A stretch of DNA of 64,000 nt from an uncultured Microthrixaceae bacterium (GCA_963823495.1 CAWGLV010000001.1:1452886-1516885), one strand, 5' to 3'; numbered from the stretch's first letter, positions 35,482 through 44,643 are shown. A program made the numbers and translations. Notes: generated by a model not told the origin, from the sequence alone.

Positions 35482-36375
35482 ATGGACATCGGCATCTTCA
35501 GCTCACCCCGCACGGTCGAGAAGTTCGTGGCCGAGGCCCGCTCGATCGCGGCCGACGGCTTCGGTTCCTTCTGGACCTCGCAGGTCTTCGGCCTCGACGC
35601 CCTCACGGCGATCGCCGTGGCCGCCCGCGAGGTCCCCGAGCTGCGCTTCGGAACCGGCGTCGTCCCCATCCAGCCCCGTCACCCCATGGCCCTCGCGGCT
35701 CAGGCCCTCACCGTGAGCCAGGCGAGTGGGGGTCGTCTGGATCTCGGCATCGGCCTGTCCCACCAGATGGTCGTCGAGAACATGTGGGGCCTCCCCTTCG
35801 ACAAGCCGGTGCGCCGCATGCGGGAGTACCTCGAGGCGCTGGTCCCGCTGCTCGCCGGCACCGACCCCCAGTACGGCGGCGAGACGGTCACGGCGCGGGG
35901 CGGCCTGGATGTCCACGCGGAGGCCCCGCCGGTCCTGGTGGCGGCCCTGGGCCCGCAGATGCTGGCCGTGGCCGGGCGGCTGGCCGACGGCACCGCCACC
36001 TGGATGACGGGGGCGAAGACCGTCGCCGAGCTCACCGGGCCGACCATCCGGGCGGCCGCGGAGGAGGCGGGTCGGCCCGAGCCCCGTGTGGTCGTGGCCC
36101 TGCCCGTCTGCGTCACCGACGACGAGGCCGACGCCCGGAGGCGCGCCGCGGAGGAGTTCTCCGTCTACGGGATCCTGCCCTCCTACCGGGCCATGCTCGA
36201 TCGGGAGGGGATGCCGGGCCCGGAGGACCTGGCCATGATCGGGTCGGGTGACGCGGTCGCCGCCCGCATCGCCGAAGTCGAGGCCTCCGGCGCCACGTCA
36301 TTCGTGGCCGCCGAGTTCGGTACCCCCGACGAGCAGGCCGCCACCCGTGAGCTGCTGACGACCCTCGCCGACTGA
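35482..36375 (+). CDS. LLM-class F420-dependent oxidoreductase
   Basis: Luciferase-like pattern ..AADGFGSFWTSQVFGLDALT.. ..LGIGLSHQMVVENMWG.. ..VAALGPQMLAVAGRLADG. Confidence 0.8.
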   Translation: MDIGIFSSPRTVEKFVAEARSIAADGFGSFWTSQVFGLDALTAIAVAAREVPELRFGTGVVPIQPRHPMALAAQALTVSQASGGRLDLGIGLSHQMVVENMWGLPFDKPVRRMREYLEALVPLLAGTDPQYGGETVTARGGLDVHAEAPPVLVAALGPQMLAVAGRLADGTATWMTGAKTVAELTGPTIRAAAEEAGRPEPRVVVALPVCVTDDEADARRRAAEEFSVYGILPSYRAMLDREGMPGPEDLAMIGSGDAVAARIAEVEASGATSFVAAEFGTPDEQAATRELLTTLAD

Positions 36376-36453
36376 CCCTCCGTTCGGCGCCCGATCTCCC
36401 GGCCAGGAGACAGGGATCCCGCACCACTGGCGGGATGAGTAGGTTCCGGCGTC

Positions 36454-37269
36454 GTGGCCGATCTCCGCATCGACGTGGACGGGCCCGTCGCCGTGCTCAC
36501 GCTGGACCGGGCCGAGCAGCAGAACACCTTCACCGGGGCGATGGGGGCCGACCTGGAGACGGCCTACCGGCACTGTGACGAGGACGAGGCGATCCGGGCC
36601 GTGGTGCTGACCGGTGCGGGGCGGGCGTTCTGCGCCGGCGCCGACTTCTCGGGCGGGGCCGAGGTGTTCGCGGCTCCCGAGGGGGGCGGCGAGGGCTTCC
36701 GGTCGGACCCGTTCGCCTTCCATGCCTGGGACGTGCGCAAGCCCGTGATCGCCGCGGTCAACGGCCACGCGGTGGGCATCGGGCTGACGATGGCCCTGCA
36801 GTGCGACCTGCGCTACGTGGCGGCCGAGGCCAAGCTCGGGATCGTGCAGAACCGGCGGGGCATCAACCCCGACCTGCGCTCGCACTGGACCCTGCCCCGC
36901 CTGATCGGCCACGGCCGGGCCACCGAGCTCCTCCTGACCGGGCGGATGTTCTCCGGCACGCAGGCCGCCGAGTGGGGCCTCGCCCTCGAGGCGTTGCCCT
37001 CGGGGGCTGCGGTGGTGGACCGGGCCCTCGAGGTGGCGCGGGACATCGCCGTCAACGTGGCTCCCCGCTCCGTGGCGGCCAGCAAGGCGATCCTCTGGCG
37101 GTCACCCGCTCCGGACGCCGACGAGGTCGACGCGTGGGAGCGGGCCGTCCACCTGGCGCTCATGGGTTCGTCGGACACGACCGAGGGGGTCATGGCCTGG
37201 GTCGAGAAGCGGGACCCCCGGTGGCAGGGCACGCTGGCCGACGGCTGGCCCCGCGACCTCCTGTCGTGA
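36454..37269 (+). CDS. enoyl-CoA hydratase/isomerase (crotonase) family
   Basis: ..AVVLTGAGRAFCAGADF.. and ..KPVIAAVNGHAVGIGLTMAL.. oxyanion-hole motifs. Confidence 0.85.
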   Translation: MADLRIDVDGPVAVLTLDRAEQQNTFTGAMGADLETAYRHCDEDEAIRAVVLTGAGRAFCAGADFSGGAEVFAAPEGGGEGFRSDPFAFHAWDVRKPVIAAVNGHAVGIGLTMALQCDLRYVAAEAKLGIVQNRRGINPDLRSHWTLPRLIGHGRATELLLTGRMFSGTQAAEWGLALEALPSGAAVVDRALEVARDIAVNVAPRSVAASKAILWRSPAPDADEVDAWERAVHLALMGSSDTTEGVMAWVEKRDPRWQGTLADGWPRDLLS

Positions 37270-37305
37270 CCCGACGCGAGAAGCGGTGATGGGCCCGGCC
37301 CGGGG

Positions 37306-38343
37306 TCAGGAGGCGGTGCGGAGCGCGGACGCCACGGCCTGCCACTGGTCGAAGGTGGCGTCGTCACGCATCGACTTGCCGGCGAAGTAGCAGATGATGC
37401 GCACGGGGTGCTCGACCCCGGCGTAGCGCTCCAGGAGGGCGCGGGCCAGGTCGTCCCACGTGGCGGTCACGGCGAGGACGTCGAGCATCTCGTCGCTGAT
37501 GACCGCAGCCATGGCCTCGAGGTCCCCGGTCTTCTGGTGCTCGTGCAGGCGTTCGGAGGTGCCGTCCCAGCCGTGAGCCTCGAACACGCCCCGGTAGGTG
37601 CGGGTCGAGCCGTAGAACGCGAGCTGGAAGCGGGCGGCCTGGCGCCAACGGTCCTGTTCCTCGTCGGTGTCGCCCACGATGGTGAGGACCGGGCAGGCCA
37701 GGGTCACGTCCTCCACGGGCCGGGCGGCGCCGGCCCGCCCGGCGGCCACGTTCGGCACGATGACCTCGTCGAGGTACCTGCGGGTGTGCAGCGGGTGCAC
37801 GTGGAGGCCGTCGGCCACCTCGCCCACGGCCCGCAGCATCCAGGGGCGGACGCCCGACAGGTAGATCGGTACGTCGGGGTGGGCGATGGGGCCGGGACTC
37901 CAGGTCGGGGGCAGGAGGTCCAGGTCGTAGAACTCGCCGTGGAAGTCGAGGCGCTCCTCGCCCTGGAAGGCCCGGAAGATGGACCGGAGGGCGAGCACGT
38001 ACTCCCGTAGCCACGGACCCGGGTGCTCGTAGGGCACGCCGTAGCGGCGCTCGATGTGGGCCTTCACCTGGGTGCCGAGACCGAGAACGAACCGGCCACC
38101 CGTGGCCTCGGCCAGTTCCCAGGCGGTGGAGGCCGTGATCATCGGGCTGCGGGGGAAGGCCACGGCGATGCCGGTGCCGAGGTCGAGGTCGGTGGTGGCC
38201 AAGGCGGCCGCTGTGGCGCCCAGGTACGCGGTGCGGCCTCCCTCGGTGAACCACAGTCCGGCGAACCCGGCCTTCTCCACGTCGGCCGCCAGCGTCGCGG
38301 CCTCGCGCAGCGGCAGGCTCATGGCCATGGCGTCGAGCTTCAT
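37306..38343 (-). CDS. LLM-class F420-dependent oxidoreductase
   Basis: 345 aa: ..AGFAGLWFTEGGRTAY.. ..FVLGLGTQVKAHIERRYG.. is a luciferase-like TIM barrel. Confidence 0.8.
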   Translation of the reverse strand: MKLDAMAMSLPLREAATLAADVEKAGFAGLWFTEGGRTAYLGATAAALATTDLDLGTGIAVAFPRSPMITASTAWELAEATGGRFVLGLGTQVKAHIERRYGVPYEHPGPWLREYVLALRSIFRAFQGEERLDFHGEFYDLDLLPPTWSPGPIAHPDVPIYLSGVRPWMLRAVGEVADGLHVHPLHTRRYLDEVIVPNVAAGRAGAARPVEDVTLACPVLTIVGDTDEEQDRWRQAARFQLAFYGSTRTYRGVFEAHGWDGTSERLHEHQKTGDLEAMAAVISDEMLDVLAVTATWDDLARALLERYAGVEHPVRIICYFAGKSMRDDATFDQWQAVASALRTAS

Positions 38344-38420
38344 GCCGTCACTCCTGTCGAACGCGGGATCGGGACCTTCGGCCGTCGCATGGCTCCATCT
38401 TGGCCTCTAACGTCGCCGGC

Positions 38421-38687
38421 ATGAGCAGCTACGACGGCAAGGCCGCGCTGGTTTTCTCCTCGGGCGACTCGTTCGCGGAGTGCCACCTCGTTGCCACGAC
38501 CGACGGTGACGGGTGGTCCGGCCAGCTCACCGACATCCTCTTCCGCACCCAGATGGTCCCGACCCCGCTGAACCCCACCGAGCACCTCCGCCTGGACGAT
38601 GCCGAGGGGCGACCCGTGGTCCCGGTCACGGTCGCGACCCAGGACGGCGATTCCGCCCAGGTGAAGGGCGAGGGCGACCCCTTCTGA
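38421..38687 (+). CDS. small hypothetical protein (possibly DUF4873-like)
   Basis: MSSYDGKAALVF....LVATTDGDGWSGQL.. weakly resembles DUF4873. The track ORF starts at a TTG (38400); the first ATG is at 38421. Confidence 0.45.
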   Translation: MSSYDGKAALVFSSGDSFAECHLVATTDGDGWSGQLTDILFRTQMVPTPLNPTEHLRLDDAEGRPVVPVTVATQDGDSAQVKGEGDPF

Positions 38688-38704
38688 GTCCTTTGTCGCC
38701 GCCG

Positions 38705-38875
38705 GCGCGGCTCCTGCTGCGCACGGCAGCTGTCGCACCGGGGTGGGAGGGCTGCTTGGCTTCGGCTCCGCAGCGTTGCTGAGGGCCGCGGGCGTGGCTC
38801 CTGGAGCCTGCGGTAGCTGTCGCACCGGGGTGGGAGGGCTGCTTGGCTTCGGCTCCGCAGCCGTTGATGGGCTGA
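38705..38875. repeat. 2 x 87-bp intergenic tandem repeat with 47-bp perfectly conserved core
   Basis: AGCTGTCGCACCGGGGTGGGAGGGCTGCTTGGCTTCGGCTCCGCAGC is identical at 38728-38774 and 38815-38861. The flanks are related but diverged. Confidence 0.85.
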
Positions 38876-38893
38876 GGGGCCTACTGTCGGGGC

Positions 38894-40594
38894 GTGGCCG
38901 AGCACGATCTGGTCGTCCGGGACGGGACGGTCTTCGATGGGACCGGTGCTGATCGTCGGCCCGCGGACGTCGCCGTGGACGACGGCCGGGTCACCGCCGT
39001 CGGCGCCGTCCGCGGCTCGGGTCGCGAAGAGCTGGACGCCGACGGACTGCTCGTCGCGCCGGGTTGGGTCGACGTCCACACCCACTACGACGGTCAGGTC
39101 ACCTGGGACCCGCTGCTGACGCCGTCCTCGTGGCAGGGCGTGACCACGGTGGTCATGGGCAACTGCGGTGTCGGCTTCGCGCCGGTGAAGCCTGACCGCC
39201 ACGACTGGCTCATCGCCCTGATGGAGGGGGTGGAGGACATCCCCGGGACAGCCCTGGCGGAGGGCATCAGCTGGGGTTGGGAGAGCTTCCCGGAGTACCT
39301 CGAGGTGATCGAGGCCCTACCCCACGCCGTCGACGTCGCGGCCCAGGTGCCTCATGGTGCGTTGCGGGGGTATGTGATGGGCGACCGTGGCGCCGATCAC
39401 GAAGAGGTCCCGACACCCGAGGAGATCGCGACGATGGGGCGGCTGGCCGCCGAGGGCATCCGGGCCGGGGCACTCGGGTTCTCCACATCCCGGACGGTCA
39501 ACCACCGTTCGGCGGACGGTCGGCCCACGCCCAGCCTGTCGGCGACGGCCGACGAGCTGCTGGGCATCGCCCGCGGGGTGGGGTCCACCGGCACCGGGGT
39601 CCTGCAGTTGGTCGCCGACCTGGTCGACCTGGAGACCGAGTTCGCCCTGATCCGGTCGATGGCCGAGGTCAGCGGCCGGCCCCTGTCGATCACGACGCTG
39701 TCCGAGTCCCACCGGGGCGACTGGCGGGCGCTGCTCGACCACATCAGCGCGGCCCAGGCCGACGGCGTGCCCATCCGCGGCCAGGTGGCGGCCCGACCCG
39801 TCGGCGTCCTGATGGGACTGGAGGGCCGCCTGCACCCGCTGGTGACCTCTCCGACCTACCGGGCCCTGGCTGACGCGCCACTGGCGGACCGGGTCGCCCG
39901 GCTCCGGGACCCCGAGGTCCGCGCCACGGTGCTGGAGGAGCTGAGCAACGGCGGGCTGGTCTTCGGTTCCTACGACGGGATCTTCCCGTTGGGGGACCCG
40001 CCGGAGTACGACCCCGGCGCCGGCCGTTCGATCGAGGCCATCGCCGGCCGTGAGGGCCGCGCTCCCGTCGAGGTCGCCCTGGACGTGATGCTGGAGCGGG
40101 ACGGCGCGGGGCTGCTCTACCTGCCCTTCGCCAACTATGCCGACCGGGACTTCGCCACGATCCGGTCGATGCTCCTGCATCCCCACACCGTTCCCGGCCT
40201 CGGCGACGCGGGTGCGCACTGCGGGATGATCAGCGACGGCTCCATGCCGACCTACCTCATCGCCCACTGGGGCCGGGACGTGGCCGAGCCGCTGTCCTTG
40301 GAGTGGCTGGTCAGCCAGCAGACCCGGGAGACCGCCGCCCTCGTCGGGCTGAACGACCGGGGCGTGCTCGCTCCGGGGTACAAGGCCGACCTCAACCTCA
40401 TCGACGAGGCCGAACTCGGGGTCCTGGTGCCCGAGATGGTCCAGGACCTCCCCGCCGGCGGCCAGCGCTACATCCAGCGGGCCACCGGCTATCGGGCCAC
40501 CGTCGTGGCGGGCGAGGTCACCTTCCGCGACGGCGAGTCGACCGGCGCCCTGCCCGGCCACCTGGTGCGCGGGGCTCAGCCCGCCCCCCACTGA
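38894..40594 (+). CDS. N-acyl-D-amino-acid deacylase (D-aminoacylase) family amidohydrolase
   Basis: ..DLVVRDGTVFDGTG.. ..APGWVDVHTHYDGQ.. metal-binding HxH and ..GNCGVGFAP.. motifs. 566 aa, GTG start. Confidence 0.85.
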   Translation: MAEHDLVVRDGTVFDGTGADRRPADVAVDDGRVTAVGAVRGSGREELDADGLLVAPGWVDVHTHYDGQVTWDPLLTPSSWQGVTTVVMGNCGVGFAPVKPDRHDWLIALMEGVEDIPGTALAEGISWGWESFPEYLEVIEALPHAVDVAAQVPHGALRGYVMGDRGADHEEVPTPEEIATMGRLAAEGIRAGALGFSTSRTVNHRSADGRPTPSLSATADELLGIARGVGSTGTGVLQLVADLVDLETEFALIRSMAEVSGRPLSITTLSESHRGDWRALLDHISAAQADGVPIRGQVAARPVGVLMGLEGRLHPLVTSPTYRALADAPLADRVARLRDPEVRATVLEELSNGGLVFGSYDGIFPLGDPPEYDPGAGRSIEAIAGREGRAPVEVALDVMLERDGAGLLYLPFANYADRDFATIRSMLLHPHTVPGLGDAGAHCGMISDGSMPTYLIAHWGRDVAEPLSLEWLVSQQTRETAALVGLNDRGVLAPGYKADLNLIDEAELGVLVPEMVQDLPAGGQRYIQRATGYRATVVAGEVTFRDGESTGALPGHLVRGAQPAPH

Positions 40595-40700
40595 AGGTCG
40601 TCGGCCCTGCGCCGACTTTCGAGGCGCCACCTGTCGGAATCCGACAGCCAGCGCCTCGAAAGTGGCGGGCTTCGGTCCGCCAGCCCGACGACGGCCGACC
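40595..40700. repeat. nested palindromic element filling a convergent intergenic gap (bidirectional terminator-like / REP-like)
   Basis: 12-bp stem CTTTCGAGGCGC (40617-40628) / GCGCCTCGAAAG (40651-40662) encloses the hairpin CTGTCGG-AAT-CCGACAG (40631-40647). Outer pairing GTCGTCGG (40598-40605) / CCGACGAC (40685-40692). Extra hairpin TGGCGG..CCGCCA (40662-40682). Confidence 0.7.
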
Positions 40701-42404
40701 TCAGTCCCCCTCGGCGACGGCTTCGTCGCGGAGGTCGCGTTTGAGGACCTTGCCGCTGGCGTTGCGGGGGAGGCGCTCGGTGCGGACCTCGACGATCGTG
40801 GGGACCTTGAACGCCGCCAGGTGGCGCTTCAGGTGGGCGAGCAGTCCGTCGACGTCGAGAACGGTGCCGGGGGAGGCGACCACGGCGAGGGCCACCTCCT
40901 CACCCAGGCGCTCGTGGGGGACGCCGAAGACGGCCGCCTCGGCCACGCCGGGGAACTCGTAGACGGCCCCCTCGACCTCGGCGCAGTAGATGTTCTCTCC
41001 CGCCCGCAGCACCATGTCCTTGGCCCGGTCCTCGACGTAGATGAAGCCCTCGTCGTCGAGGCGGCCGAGGTCACCGGAACGGAGCCAGCCGTCGGCATCG
41101 ATGACCTCGGCGGTGGCCTCGGGCTTGTTCCAGTAGCCCCGGATCAGGTTGGGGCCCCGGAAGCAGATCTCGCCGACGCCACCGGTGGGGAGCGGGTTGC
41201 CGTGCTCGTCGACGACCCGGACGTCCATGACCGGCACGGCCCGGCCCGAGCTGGTGGGCTTGCGCAGGTAGTCGGCCCCGCTGTTGCCCGGCCCGTAGGC
41301 GTTGGTCTCGGTCATGCCATAGCCGATCTGGGGCTTGCCCTGCTCGAAGCCCTTGTCCACTCGGCGCACCAGCTCGGCCGGAGCGGGGGCGCCACCGCCG
41401 CCGACGGACACCAGGCTGGACGTGTCCCGCTTCTCGAAGTCGGGCGACTCCAGCAGGTCCCAGGACATGGTGGGCACGCCGACGAAGGCGGTGACCCGCT
41501 CGCGCTCGATGAGCTCGAGGGCCCGCTCGGGCTCCCACCGGTACATCATCACGAGCTTCGCCCCCGAGGCCGTGGTGCCGAGCATGACGGGGATGAGCCC
41601 GGTGGCGTGGAACAGGGGCACCACGAGGATGTAGGCGGTGCGGTCCCGGGGACCGTCGGCCTCCTCGCCGGCCGGTTCCATCAGCGCGCTGACGGCCGAG
41701 CGAGCGCCGAACGCGAGTAGCCCGCTGAGGACGGCTCGGTGGGTCGACACGGCGCCCTTGGGGTGACCGGTGGTGCCTGAGGTGTAGAGGATGGTGGCGT
41801 CGTCGTCGGGGCTGATGGCGACCTCGGGGAGCGTGGCGGTGGGGTCGAGCACGTTCTCGAGGCGGTCGACGCCGGGGAGGTCCTCGGTGAGGCGCACCCC
41901 GATGACCGACAGGCCGAGGCCTTCCCGCACGGGACCCAGCCGTTCGGCCCGCTCCTGGTCGGTGACGGCGACCTTGGCCCCGCAGTCCTCGAAGCCGTAC
42001 TCCAACTCGTCGGTGGTCCACCAGGCGTTGAGGGCGACGGCCACCGCCCCGATCGAGGTGATGGCCTGGAAGGCCACGATCCACTCCGGGTAGTTGCGCA
42101 TGGCGATGGCCACGCGGTCGCCGTGGCCCACGCCGTAGCCGTCGCGGAGCAGGGCACCCATCGCCCCGACCCGGGCCCACACGTCGGCGAAGGTCAGGCG
42201 TTCGTCCTCGTACACGAGGAAGTCCCGGTCGCCGTACCCGCTCGCCAGCTCGAACAGGGAGCGCAGGGACGGCGGCGTGTTGGCGAAGACCTTGTAGGGC
42301 CGGCCGTCGAGGGTGGCGTCGACCAGCGGGTAGCGGCCGTCGGGGCCGGTGACCCGGGCCACGGCCTCGTCCCAGGACATCGGAGCGTCAGGCACGGAGC
42401 GCAT
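40701..42404 (-). CDS. AMP-dependent acyl-CoA synthetase/ligase
   Basis: ..ILYTSGTTGHPKGAV.. AMP-binding motif, ..GYGMTET.. and a ..GKVLKRDLR C-terminal lysine motif. 567 aa. Confidence 0.9.
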   Translation of the reverse strand: MRSVPDAPMSWDEAVARVTGPDGRYPLVDATLDGRPYKVFANTPPSLRSLFELASGYGDRDFLVYEDERLTFADVWARVGAMGALLRDGYGVGHGDRVAIAMRNYPEWIVAFQAITSIGAVAVALNAWWTTDELEYGFEDCGAKVAVTDQERAERLGPVREGLGLSVIGVRLTEDLPGVDRLENVLDPTATLPEVAISPDDDATILYTSGTTGHPKGAVSTHRAVLSGLLAFGARSAVSALMEPAGEEADGPRDRTAYILVVPLFHATGLIPVMLGTTASGAKLVMMYRWEPERALELIERERVTAFVGVPTMSWDLLESPDFEKRDTSSLVSVGGGGAPAPAELVRRVDKGFEQGKPQIGYGMTETNAYGPGNSGADYLRKPTSSGRAVPVMDVRVVDEHGNPLPTGGVGEICFRGPNLIRGYWNKPEATAEVIDADGWLRSGDLGRLDDEGFIYVEDRAKDMVLRAGENIYCAEVEGAVYEFPGVAEAAVFGVPHERLGEEVALAVVASPGTVLDVDGLLAHLKRHLAAFKVPTIVEVRTERLPRNASGKVLKRDLRDEAVAEGD

Positions 42405-42419
42405 GGTAGGGATTGGAGC

Positions 42420-43196
42420 GTGAGCGACCTAAGCATCGGGATCGTCGACCACGTGGCGACGGTGACCCTGGATCGGCCGCCGGTCAACGCCATCACCCGC
42501 TCGACCATGGTCGAGATCCGGGACACGTTCCGGTCCCTGGGTGACGATCCCGATGTCCGCGTCGCCGTCTTCACGGGCGCGGGGGAGAAGGCCTTCATGG
42601 CCGGGGTCGACCTGAAGACCTTCGACACCGACGACACCGAGGCCGACCCCGATGACCCTGGTCGCCTGCCCCGGGAAGCCCTCGAGGCGGTTTACGACTG
42701 TGCCGTCCCCGTCATCGCCGCTGTGAACGGCCCGGCCCTAGGCGCCGGCCTGGCGTACGCCGCGGTCTGCGACCTGATCCTGGCCGCCGACCACGCCACC
42801 TTCGGCACCACGGAGATCAACGTCGGCCTCCTCGGCGCCAGCGCCCATCTGAACCTGCTGCTGGGCCGACCCAAGGTCCGGGAGCTGTTCCTGACCGGCG
42901 TCCCGGCAACGGCCGAGGAGCTGTACCGCCTGGGCGCGGTCAACCGGGTCGTCCCGGTCGGCCGGCTGGCGTCGACGGCGGCCGAGCTGGCCGCCTCCCT
43001 CGCTGCCAAGAGCCCCCTGGCCCTGCGCCTGGCCAAGGCGGCGCTGAACGAGACCGAGTTCCTCCCGCTGAAGGAGGCCTACCGCACCGAACAGGGCTAC
43101 ACCCGCCGCCTCCTCCAGCACCCCGACTCCCAGGAGGCCCGCCAGGCCTTCGCCGACAAGCGCGAACCCAACTGGACCTACCGGCCGGGCGACTGA
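42420..43196 (+). CDS. enoyl-CoA hydratase/isomerase (crotonase) family
   Basis: ..VAVFTGAGEKAFMAGVDL.. ..PVIAAVNGPALGAGLAYA.. GTG start. Confidence 0.85.
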   Translation: MSDLSIGIVDHVATVTLDRPPVNAITRSTMVEIRDTFRSLGDDPDVRVAVFTGAGEKAFMAGVDLKTFDTDDTEADPDDPGRLPREALEAVYDCAVPVIAAVNGPALGAGLAYAAVCDLILAADHATFGTTEINVGLLGASAHLNLLLGRPKVRELFLTGVPATAEELYRLGAVNRVVPVGRLASTAAELAASLAAKSPLALRLAKAALNETEFLPLKEAYRTEQGYTRRLLQHPDSQEARQAFADKREPNWTYRPGD

Positions 43197-43239
43197 TCCG
43201 GCGACGGGTCGGAGGAACGACCGCAGAGTGGGAGACCTC

Positions 43240-43418
43240 GGGCCGGCCCGCCGGTCGTCGGGGGCAGGCCGGCCGAAGTCGGCCCCCCGACCGAAATTGC
43301 GTGACTTGAGGTCGTCGAGCGACCAGAAAGGACGCAATTCCCGTTGGACTGGTAGCTGGCCGCCATCTGGCGTGACTGGTGGTCGTACAGCGACCAGAAG
43401 TAGCGCAATTTCGTTCGA
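43240..43418 (+). repeat. cluster of three related hairpin modules (GGTCG-loop-CGACC + GCGCAATT tail)
   Basis: Direct repeats at 43301-43347 and 43372-43418 (period 71 bp, about 35/45 identical by eye) each carry GGTCG-N5-CGACC followed by AGAA..GCAATT. An upstream module at 43247-43300 has GGTCGTCGGGGG...CCCCCCGACC and an inverted GAAATTGCGT tail. Confidence 0.75.
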
Positions 43419-43550
43419 GGCGCGACGACTGGTCTGCCGTCGACGGGTCCGGGGGACCCGACGCCCCCTTGGTTGCATCGGTGTCGTTCCCCCGGCCCGG
43501 TACCCCTGTTGGTCACTGCGGAACTGGAACCTGTTCTAGTCTCGGCGGCG

Positions 43551-44000
43551 ATGAGCGAGAGCGACGTCCTCAGTGCGCCCCTCGTCGTCGAGTACGCGTT
43601 CACCCGGACGGTGGGGCCGGTGCAGTCGGCCTTCTTCACCGGGTTGCGCGAAGGGGTGCTCGTCGGCGTACGGATGGCCGACGGCGGGGTGATGTGCCCG
43701 CCGATGGAATACGACCCCCAGTCCTCGGAGGCCCTGACCGAGCTGGTGCCGGTCGGCGACGCCGGGGAGGTGACGAGCTGGGCGTGGGTGACCGAGCCCC
43801 GCACCGGCACGCCGCTGGACGGCGCCTTCGCCTGGGCGCTGATCCGCCTCGACGGGGCCGACACGTCGATGCTGCACGCCGTGGACGCCGGTTCGCCGGA
43901 CGCCATGAGCACCGGGATGCGGGTCAAGGTCCGTTGGGCCGAGGAGCGTGAGGGCTCGATCACCGACATCGCCTGCTTCGAGTCGGAGGCCGCGGGATGA
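43551..44000 (+). CDS. DUF35 OB-fold protein (degenerate Zn-ribbon)
   Basis: 149 aa: ..FFTGLREGVLVGVRMADGGVMCPP.. and ..WALIRLDGADTSMLHAV..GMRVKVRW.. give the DUF35 OB-fold pattern. The Cys ligands are mostly missing. Confidence 0.7.
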   Translation: MSESDVLSAPLVVEYAFTRTVGPVQSAFFTGLREGVLVGVRMADGGVMCPPMEYDPQSSEALTELVPVGDAGEVTSWAWVTEPRTGTPLDGAFAWALIRLDGADTSMLHAVDAGSPDAMSTGMRVKVRWAEEREGSITDIACFESEAAG

Positions 44001-44070
44001 GCGACGTAGTCGATCGGCGGGCCGATGAGGCCTGCACAGCGATGAGCCGTCAGGCGAAGAGCCGACGGCG

Positions 44071-44643
44071 ATGAGCGAGGTCGAGGTCAGCCCGTTCCCC
44101 GAGGGCCTCTGGGCCCAGCCCGCGGTCGACTCCTCGGCCCTCACCGCCATCGAGGGCCTCGAGCCGGTGAAGTCCATCCGGACCCCGGCCCGCCTCGACT
44201 ACACCTACACCGCCGGCATCAGCCAGTCCCGCTTCCTCCGGGGGATGGGCGAGGGCAAGCTCCTCGGTGAGCGCTGCCCGCAGTGCCAGAAGGTCTACGT
44301 GCCCTCCCGTGGTGCCTGCCCGGTGGACGGCATCCCGACCGAGGAGCTGGTGGAGCTGCCGTCGGTCGGCACGGTGGTCAGCTTCTGTGTCGTCAACGTG
44401 GAGTTCACCGGTCGGGGGATCGACATCCCCTACGCCTCGGCCCTGATCGTGCCCGACGGGGCCGACCTGGCGGTGTTCGGGCTCATCCAGGAGATCCCCC
44501 ACGACCAGGTCCGCATGGGCCTGCGGGTCGAGGCCAAGTGGAAGGACCCGGCCGACTGGGAGACCTCCTTCGAGAACATCGAGTGGTGGCGTCCCACCGG
44601 CGAGCCCGACGCCGACTACGAGACCTACCAGGAGCACGTCTGA
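44071..44643 (+). CDS. DUF35 Zn-ribbon/OB-fold protein
   Basis: ..FLRGMGEGKLLGERCPQCQKVYVPSRGACP.. followed by an OB-fold (..ALIVPDGADLAVFGLI..GLRVEAKW). Confidence 0.75.
   Translation: MSEVEVSPFPEGLWAQPAVDSSALTAIEGLEPVKSIRTPARLDYTYTAGISQSRFLRGMGEGKLLGERCPQCQKVYVPSRGACPVDGIPTEELVELPSVGTVVSFCVVNVEFTGRGIDIPYASALIVPDGADLAVFGLIQEIPHDQVRMGLRVEAKWKDPADWETSFENIEWWRPTGEPDADYETYQEHV

Noticed and set aside
38743-38952. 69-aa ORF with repeated GGLLGFGSAA segments across the 87-bp tandem repeat
   Set aside because: The repetition is a by-product of the 29-codon repeat period. Third-position GC is lower than in real genes here, and the ORF overlaps the D-aminoacylase start. Shadow ORFs with the same repeat exist on the other strand too.
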